DNA of 64,000 nucleotides, from positions 43,575 to 107,574 of the forward strand of contig JAJYTP010000002.1 in NCBI GenBank assembly GCA_021792955.1. The letters run 5' to 3'. Positions 57,693 to 64,000 of this stretch are shown here, piece by piece. How positions within the stretch are numbered: the first letter of the stretch is position 1; the number at the start of each line of letters is the position of its first letter. Origin of the DNA: an archaeon (GTDB lineage Archaea > Thermoproteota > Nitrososphaeria > Conexivisphaerales > UBA164). The notes beneath the pieces were generated by a model. The model saw only the letters and a program-made list of their open reading frames with translations, ran no database searches and was not told where the DNA came from. The position numbers were made by a program, and so were the translations under genes.

Positions 57693-59063
57693 TTAGGATT
57701 GATTTCGTAAGGCTTCCCTGACCAACTTCACCCCTTCCTTGGCTATACGCTGTGCCTCCTTTCTCTTTATTCCCTGAGCGAAGACCCTTATGAGCGGCTC
57801 GGTTCCAGAAGGCCGAATTAATAGCCATGAGCGGTTTCCATACATGGCCTTTATACCGTCCGTTAGGTCAAGCGATATAGCCTTCAATCCATTTTTTACG
57901 AACTTCATGGCAGCCACCTTCTGTTCATCAATCACTCGCACGGCCATCTTAAGCAAATAGTAGTTCGGAACCCCCTGCCTCATACTTACAAGGGTTTCCT
58001 TTTCGGTCAGCTTCAACATTTTTAGAGTTGAAAGGACGGAATCGCCGTACATCAGGATGTCAGGCCATATGTATTTCCCAGATTCTTCAACCGCAAATAG
58101 GCTGGTGGGAATCTCCCTTATCGCTTCTACGAGTGCTGGTGGACCCACCTTAGTCCGGACCAGGCGGCCGCCGTTAGCAGAAACTATATCCTCTACGGCG
58201 TCGGAAGTGTTGATGGTTGTAATTATGGTATTATCCCTTCCGCTTGGGCTGGATCGTAGCGCATCCCTTGCAAACAGAGCCCCTGCTACATCGCCCCAGA
58301 TCAGCCCGCCTTCTTCATCGAAGAAAATAGCCCGGTCACCATCAGCATCGGTAGCTATTCCTATTCCGCCTCTATGGTGCTTTATGTAATCTGATGTTCC
58401 CTTAAGGTGTGCCGGTATAGGGCTGGGTAGCCTGTTTGGAAACCTGCCATCCGGGGATACATTGAGTATCTCATGGTTCAGGCCAAGCTCTTCAAATGCC
58501 GCTTTGGCAAATGGACCAGAGGCCCCGTTACCAGCATCAAATATCACTTTTCTGGCCCCGTTAAATTCTAACCTTGGAACCTTCCGCCTAAGCTCCTTTG
58601 TATATTCTTCTGCTACATCAGGGATAGTTTCCTCACTTTCAATGCTCCTCCAACTGCTGAGCCTTGCCCTTTCCTTAAAGTAATTATCCTCTACTCTGGA
58701 CGCGTCTGCTGTAGTGAGTTCTCCTCCATCCTTCAGAAAGAAGAGTAGGCCACATATCTGGGCTGGTGTATGGCTACCGGTCACCGCCACAGTCGCATCC
58801 GCCTTAAGCTTCCTCATTAACCAAAGCCCGACAGGGGTGGGAGCCATTCCTAGGTTATAGACGTGTACACCGGAGGACAGAAGGACCGAATTAACCGCCT
58901 TAAGCAGCGGCTCGGACTGCGCTCTTGGGTCTTTCAGGACAACGGCCGAAGAAACTCCCTTAAATGTATACAAAAAGGCATCCGTGAGCCTGACCGCTAC
59001 TGTCGGGCTTAGTGTGGAATTGATGTACCCGCGTACACCAGATGTTCCAAACAGGTGTTCCAT
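57693..59063 (-). CDS. Phosphohexomutase (phosphoglucomutase/phosphomannomutase family)
   Basis: LFGTSGVRG, TGSHTP, DADGDR, EESG, RPSGTEPLIRV. Confidence 0.93.
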   Translation of the reverse strand: MEHLFGTSGVRGYINSTLSPTVAVRLTDAFLYTFKGVSSAVVLKDPRAQSEPLLKAVNSVLLSSGVHVYNLGMAPTPVGLWLMRKLKADATVAVTGSHTPAQICGLLFFLKDGGELTTADASRVEDNYFKERARLSSWRSIESEETIPDVAEEYTKELRRKVPRLEFNGARKVIFDAGNGASGPFAKAAFEELGLNHEILNVSPDGRFPNRLPSPIPAHLKGTSDYIKHHRGGIGIATDADGDRAIFFDEEGGLIWGDVAGALFARDALRSSPSGRDNTIITTINTSDAVEDIVSANGGRLVRTKVGPPALVEAIREIPTSLFAVEESGKYIWPDILMYGDSVLSTLKMLKLTEKETLVSMRQGVPNYYLLKMAVRVIDEQKVAAMKFVKNGLKAISLDLTDGIKAMYGNRSWLLIRPSGTEPLIRVFAQGIKRKEAQRIAKEGVKLVREALRNQS

Positions 59064-59138
59064 ACATAACCATCGGCCGACATTCTTATAAATGGGAGGC
59101 CTGAAGGTATGTCAAGGAGGAAAAATAGTTGAACACTG

Positions 59139-60353
59139 GTGATCTACTTTATCCATCCACTGAATACTTACGTGCTTAAGTTCGGTGGTTCTGTCCTTAT
59201 CGATTCGAATAGTTCGACCAACGCATCGTCCCTTGTAAAAAAACTCGTAGATAGGGGAGACAGTATCGTAGTAGTGGTATCCGCGCTGAAGGGGGAAACT
59301 GACAGGCTACTGCAGAGCATAAGCGGCATAAGCAATGATAAGGAGGACACGGCGGAGGTAATAGCAATGGGGGAGAGGACCAGCGCCAGGCTGATGGCCG
59401 CAGCGCTCAAGAAAGCCAATATCTCAGCCGTTCTGGTCGATCCTAAGGGGGAAAATTGGCCCATATTCACATATGGGGATTTCCTTGACGCGGACATCGA
59501 TATGGATAAAACAAAAAAGGCGGTCGAAGAACGTATAAAACCTCTCCTGTTAAAGGGGATGGTACCCGTAGTCTGTGGTTTTATGGGGTTGAACGGCGAT
59601 GGCCGTATTCAGACCCTTGGGAGGGGCGGAAGCGATACCAGCGCTGTGGTGTTAGGTTCATGTCTTGGAGCAAGGGAAGTGGTGCTCCTGAAGGATGTAG
59701 GGGCAGCACTTACTGCTGACCCTAAGAAGACCAACGGTACGAGAACAATAGACACATTAGATGCTTCGGAGGCGCTTGCCCTTTCGATGGGTGGCTCAAA
59801 GCTTATACACGCAAAGGCATTTAGATATCTTAAAGGGACAAACCTGCGCATAACGAGCATCGAGCTTGGCCTTGAGGGCGGTACCCTTATAGATGGACAG
59901 ACGTCGGTAAACCTGACGGCACTGGATAGAGACATAAGCATGGTAACTTTGGTCACGCGCAGGGCCACCATGGACCTCGTTAATTCTATAGGCAAGATAC
60001 TGAAGGAAGCCGGGGCGGAGCTGCTGGGTATGACGCTCGGCGGCAGGTCTCTCCTGCTATATCTAAAGGGAGGCAGTAATGTGGTGGATAGTCTTCATTC
60101 GAAGCTCGTAAACGGTGAAGAGGTCAAGGCGATCAGCGAAATAAACAACCTGGCTGAAATAACGGTCAGGTCCGATTTCCTGGAGAGAGCCCCGGGTTAT
60201 ATAAGCGATATCACGGCGCCGCTGTCTGCAAATGAAATAAACATCTATGGAATATCCACCATTTCTAACAGCATCAAGCTCTATATCCTTGCAAAGGACC
60301 TGCATAACGCGCTAAACCTTATAAAAAAGGAATTGGAGGATAGGGAACTATGA
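59139..60353 (+). CDS. lysC: Aspartate kinase
   Basis: VLKFGGS, VVVSA, GERTSA, TLGRGGSDTSA, ADPK; C-terminal ACT domains; exact start uncertain. Confidence 0.92.
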   Translation: MIYFIHPLNTYVLKFGGSVLIDSNSSTNASSLVKKLVDRGDSIVVVVSALKGETDRLLQSISGISNDKEDTAEVIAMGERTSARLMAAALKKANISAVLVDPKGENWPIFTYGDFLDADIDMDKTKKAVEERIKPLLLKGMVPVVCGFMGLNGDGRIQTLGRGGSDTSAVVLGSCLGAREVVLLKDVGAALTADPKKTNGTRTIDTLDASEALALSMGGSKLIHAKAFRYLKGTNLRITSIELGLEGGTLIDGQTSVNLTALDRDISMVTLVTRRATMDLVNSIGKILKEAGAELLGMTLGGRSLLLYLKGGSNVVDSLHSKLVNGEEVKAISEINNLAEITVRSDFLERAPGYISDITAPLSANEINIYGISTISNSIKLYILAKDLHNALNLIKKELEDREL

Positions 60354-61411
60354 GGAACGAACTAAAGCTGGGCATATTGGGAGCGACGGGGATGGTAGGG
60401 CAACAGTACATAAAATTGCTTGCCGATCATCCGTGGTTCAAGGTGTCTCGAATAGTAGGAAAGAAGTCGGCTGGCATGCCGTTTAAGGAGGCGGCAGAAT
60501 GGGTTGGGGAGTACGATCCCCCGGCATCCATAATGGATATGAAGGTAGATGGCGCAAATCCTGAATCGGAGGGCGCTGACCTATTTGTGAGTTGCCTTCC
60601 CACGGATGGGGCAAAGGAACTGGAGCCGCTTTATGCTAGGCTATACCCCACATTCAGCGACGCAAGCGCCTACAGGATGGAGGATGACGTACCTCTGATA
60701 ATACCTGAGGTCAATGCTGAACAGGGAAGGCTTGTTGAAAGGCAGAAAAAGAGCCGCAACTGGAAGGGCTTCCTGGTTACGGGGCCCAACTGCACCAGCA
60801 TCGGGCTTAACATGACCCTCAAGCCCCTTGATGATGAATTCAAGATAAGGAAGGTAATAGTTTCAACCATGCAGGCGGTCAGCGGCGCTGGCTATCCTGG
60901 CGTACCAAGCCTTTCCATCATAGATAACGTCATCCCTTACATAAAAGATGAGGAGGATAAGGTTGCCATTGAATCAAACAAGATATTGGGCAAGTTTGTA
61001 GGTGGTAGAGTGGAACCGGCCGGTCTGGCTGTCTCCGCCATGTGCCACAGGGTTGCTACGATAGACGGGCACATGGAGAGCGTATATATTGAAACGGAAA
61101 AGCCCGTAAGCGTTAAGGATGCGTCCCAGGCGCTGCGTGATTTCACCGGACTACCGCAATCGCTCAAGCTTCCGACGGCGCCTGAAAGGCCAATAATAGT
61201 AAGGGAGGAACCCGACAGGCCTCAGGTCAGGAAGGATAAGAACGCTGGCACAGTCCCCGGCATGAGCACCGTGGTCGGTAGGATAAGGCCTGGACTTGAC
61301 AACCACTCATTGAAGTACACACTGCTCAGCCATAACACTATAAGGGGGGCGGCCGGAAATACAATACTTACAGCAGAGCTCTTCTACAAACAAGGGTGGA
61401 TGAACCTTTGA
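60350..61411 (+). CDS. asd: Aspartate-semialdehyde dehydrogenase
   Basis: LGATGMVGQ, PNCT, MQAVSGAGYPGV, HNTIRGAAG. Confidence 0.96.
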   Translation: MRNELKLGILGATGMVGQQYIKLLADHPWFKVSRIVGKKSAGMPFKEAAEWVGEYDPPASIMDMKVDGANPESEGADLFVSCLPTDGAKELEPLYARLYPTFSDASAYRMEDDVPLIIPEVNAEQGRLVERQKKSRNWKGFLVTGPNCTSIGLNMTLKPLDDEFKIRKVIVSTMQAVSGAGYPGVPSLSIIDNVIPYIKDEEDKVAIESNKILGKFVGGRVEPAGLAVSAMCHRVATIDGHMESVYIETEKPVSVKDASQALRDFTGLPQSLKLPTAPERPIIVREEPDRPQVRKDKNAGTVPGMSTVVGRIRPGLDNHSLKYTLLSHNTIRGAAGNTILTAELFYKQGWMNL

Positions 61412-62193
61412 CCGACGGGAAGCGCCAGAGGCTATCACGCCTCTTAAAGGATGGTAGGATGCTTTGCGTCCCAATGGATCACGGGATGAGCGATGGCCCG
61501 ATCCAGGGGTTGGAGGATATCAACGCTATAGTCAGGTCGGTGGAGGAGGGAGGGGCCAGTTCAGTGATACTGCACAAGGGCATGATTAAATCCCTTAACT
61601 TCAGCCCCCGGCTCGGCTTGATAATGCATGTCTCGGGAAGCACATCCAGAGGCCCGGCCCCCTTTTATAAAGTTGATGTATCTGGCGTAAGGGAGGCCAT
61701 CCTGCTAGGGGCGGACGCCGTGTCATTTCATATGAATGTGGGTGCCAATTCGGAGAGCGATATGATGAGATCCCTTGGTGCGCTGGCCGACGAAGCGGAC
61801 AGATGGGGGTATCCATTAATAGCCATGATGTACGTCCGTGGTGAAAGGGTAAAGGACCAGTTCGACCCTGAACTTACGGCCCTGGCGGTCAGGCTGGGTG
61901 CCGAGCTGGGAGCAGATCTAGTCAAGACGACGTACACGGGTAACATAGACAGCTTTGCGAAGGTAGTCAAGGGTTCACCCGTACCGGTTGTGATAGCCGG
62001 TGGTCCGAAGGTAAGTTCAAGGAGGGAGCTTTTACAGATGGCTAAGGACGCATTAGACGCTGGCGCCATCGGTGTAACATTCGGGCGTAACGTATTTCAG
62101 GATAGCGATCCGAAGAAGGTCGTAAAGGCCCTATCCAGCATAATATTTAATGATGCGGATGTAGAAAGCGCCCTGAAGGAGTTCGATCATTGA
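61408..62193 (+). CDS. 2-amino-3,7-dideoxy-D-threo-hept-6-ulosonate synthase (class I aldolase, AroA')
   Basis: VPMDHG, LHKG, GADAVS.H.N, AELGADLVKT, VVIAGG, GRNVFQ; next to AroB'; TTGA overlap with asd. Confidence 0.85.
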   Translation: MTDGKRQRLSRLLKDGRMLCVPMDHGMSDGPIQGLEDINAIVRSVEEGGASSVILHKGMIKSLNFSPRLGLIMHVSGSTSRGPAPFYKVDVSGVREAILLGADAVSFHMNVGANSESDMMRSLGALADEADRWGYPLIAMMYVRGERVKDQFDPELTALAVRLGAELGADLVKTTYTGNIDSFAKVVKGSPVPVVIAGGPKVSSRRELLQMAKDALDAGAIGVTFGRNVFQDSDPKKVVKALSSIIFNDADVESALKEFDH

Positions 62194-63203
62194 AACAGGT
62201 AATAGTAAAGCTGCCTAACGATCAGGCAGCGGCAAGGCCGCTGATCCAGGCCGCAAACTCTTACGGCGTGTCGTCATTCGTGAGTGAAGGCCATCATGAC
62301 GTTGGGTCCGGAACGCTCTACGCTGAAAGCTCCTTCCGAATTGCTACAATAACCACCCAGCAGGACATTCTGGACATAAGCGAAGCTAATACAGGAAATA
62401 AGGGAAATGAAAAAGGAGATAAAGGCCTTAACATTCTGATCCGGACGGCGGACTGGAGAGTCATCCCGCTGGAAAACCTAATCTCACGCGTACAGGGTAA
62501 GGGTGTTCACGTATTCGCCGAAGCCAGGGATAAGGCCGACGCGGTCATGCTCAGTGGCGTATTGGAGGAGGGGGTGGAGGGCGTAATCATCGAGCCTCAT
62601 GACGCCGAAGAGCTATTTGAGTATTTGGACGCGATGGGGCTGGGCAGATACAAAATAGACCTGGTCCCAGCTACGGTTACATCTATAGAAGTAGTGGGCC
62701 TTGGAGAAAGGAGCTGTATAGATACCGCCAACCTGCTCCACCAGGGCGAGGGCATGCTGCTGGGTTCCTTCAGTTCCTTCTTCTTTTTGATCCATGCCGA
62801 GGTGGCAGCTACGAGCTTTACAAGCCCAAGGCCTTTCCGCGTAAATGCTGGGGGTATTCATAACTATATAATGCTCCCAGATGGTAGGACCAAATATCTT
62901 TCTGAAGTAACGGCGGGGGATCACGTGCTTGTTGTATCAGCGGAGGGAGAAGGCAGGAGGGCCATCGTGGGTAGGTCAAAGATCGAGAGGCGGCCGCTGG
63001 CGTTGATCAGGGCTTCCACGGAACACCTCTCCGGATCCGTTATACTGCAGTACGCTGAAACCATTTCACTGCTCGACGCGGATAAAAAACCGATTCCAGT
63101 CACCTCACTCAAGGGAGGTGATACCGTGCTCATCCATCCTGTAGTTGGGCCGAAGGGTAGGCACTTTGGCGTAGCTATAGATGAAACTATAATAGAAAAA
63201 TGA
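62190..63203 (+). CDS. 3-dehydroquinate synthase II (AroB')
   Basis: DWRVIPLENLI, CIDT, GEGMLLG, RPFRVNAG, T.YLSE, GRSKIERRP, RHFG. Confidence 0.93.
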   Translation: MKQVIVKLPNDQAAARPLIQAANSYGVSSFVSEGHHDVGSGTLYAESSFRIATITTQQDILDISEANTGNKGNEKGDKGLNILIRTADWRVIPLENLISRVQGKGVHVFAEARDKADAVMLSGVLEEGVEGVIIEPHDAEELFEYLDAMGLGRYKIDLVPATVTSIEVVGLGERSCIDTANLLHQGEGMLLGSFSSFFFLIHAEVAATSFTSPRPFRVNAGGIHNYIMLPDGRTKYLSEVTAGDHVLVVSAEGEGRRAIVGRSKIERRPLALIRASTEHLSGSVILQYAETISLLDADKKPIPVTSLKGGDTVLIHPVVGPKGRHFGVAIDETIIEK

Positions 63204-63886
63204 AGTTCGCCATAGTAGTCAGCATAAGGGGCAGGAGCCTTGCTGAAATGGTGACCAAGGCTATGAAGGTAACCGATGACGTCATGTTTGAGTTCAGGCT
63301 TGATTCAATTTCGGAAGAATATTCGAAGGATATAGGGAACGCGCGGTTACCGGAGAGCATGTCTCGAAGGTCTATATTGACCTATAGAGTCCCCAATGAG
63401 GGAGGGCTGAGCCGTGCCTATAGCGTCGACAGGCTGATCCAGCTCATCAGGTCCTGTTCGACTGAGCCACCTGCGTTCATGGACGTCGAATCTTCATCCA
63501 TTGACGATAATCTTGTAGCTGCGGAATTAAAACGGTACAGCGGAAGGCTCATCATATCCAGCCATCTTGTTGACGGCGGAACTTCGGTTGAAGGGCTGTT
63601 TAAGCACTGGCTAAGGTGGAAGGGAACAGCCCATTATATTAAGGTCATAAACATGCCTGCCACTCTTCATGAAGCTCTTCTAAGCCTCGAGCTTTATGGG
63701 CGTGTTGACCCCCTCAGATTGATATCGTTTTCTGCGGGAAAACGGTGGAGTTTCACCAGATTTACATCTGTATTTCTTGGTTCGCCCCTATTTTACTCCT
63801 GCCTGCCGGGGGAGCCGCTGGCCGACGGTCAACCGACCGTACAGGAGGCCGTTAAATTCAAGAAGGCAATAGAGGATGGAGCATAA
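63200..63886 (+). CDS. aroD: Type I 3-dehydroquinate dehydratase (divergent)
   Basis: FEFRLD, LTYR..EGG, IISSH, IKV, ADGQP; operon position. Confidence 0.82.
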   Translation: MKFAIVVSIRGRSLAEMVTKAMKVTDDVMFEFRLDSISEEYSKDIGNARLPESMSRRSILTYRVPNEGGLSRAYSVDRLIQLIRSCSTEPPAFMDVESSSIDDNLVAAELKRYSGRLIISSHLVDGGTSVEGLFKHWLRWKGTAHYIKVINMPATLHEALLSLELYGRVDPLRLISFSAGKRWSFTRFTSVFLGSPLFYSCLPGEPLADGQPTVQEAVKFKKAIEDGA

Positions 63887-64000
63887 ACTTTACGGGATAC
63901 TCGGGCATCCGATTTCGGGATCGCTTTCACCAATAATTCAGAACATCGTGCTTGAGCGGCTGGGCGCTAGGTATGTACCATTTGATGTTGAACCTGATGA
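63876..64000 (+). CDS. aroE: Shikimate dehydrogenase, 3'-truncated by window edge
   Basis: MEHKLYGILGHPISGSLSPIIQN...YVPFDV. Confidence 0.85.
   Translation, partial: MEHKLYGILGHPISGSLSPIIQNIVLERLGARYVPFDVEPD

Noticed and set aside
1-64000. CRISPR array, rRNA, integrase or intact transposase
   Set aside because: No regularly spaced direct repeats, rRNA-like blocks or recombinase/transposase motifs were found by eye

Overview
Gene-dense archaeal chromosome segment from a TACK-lineage archaeon. PolB1, topoisomerase VI, a Ubl-Cgi121 fusion and an EMC6-like gene suggest a deep-branching Nitrososphaerota/Thaumarchaeota relative; this is an inference. Most of the window is housekeeping: GGPP synthase, gltX, alaS, leuS, RFC-L, Rpo6, TFE, top6AB, Rqc2, UDG, S17e, aIF1, cimA-ilvD, an ask-asd-aroA'-aroB'-aroD-aroE operon, and three intronless tRNAs (Ser-GCT, Thr-TGT, Arg-GCG). 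There is also an AT-richer accessory block (~28.5-33.9 kb) and a deaminase/Mo-hydroxylase cluster (~48-56 kb). The most unusual signals are: (1) two dispersed, mutually homologous ~80-nt elements (3038-3116 minus, 22701-22776 plus) that resemble IS200/IS605 right ends/TnpB omegaRNA scaffolds, have no tnpB/tnpA nearby, and show apparent compensatory base changes; (2) a SWIM-finger CDS that reads into tRNA-Thr and stops in its anticodon loop; (3) a head-to-head overlap of the Rqc2 and EMC6-like genes; (4) a 188-aa mini-intein in the PolB1 active-site motif; (5) a catalytically degenerate GH57; (6) a tandem pair of related winged-helix proteins flanking an inverted repeat. No CRISPR array, rRNA or intact transposase was seen. 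All calls come from reading motifs by eye; no database searches were run.
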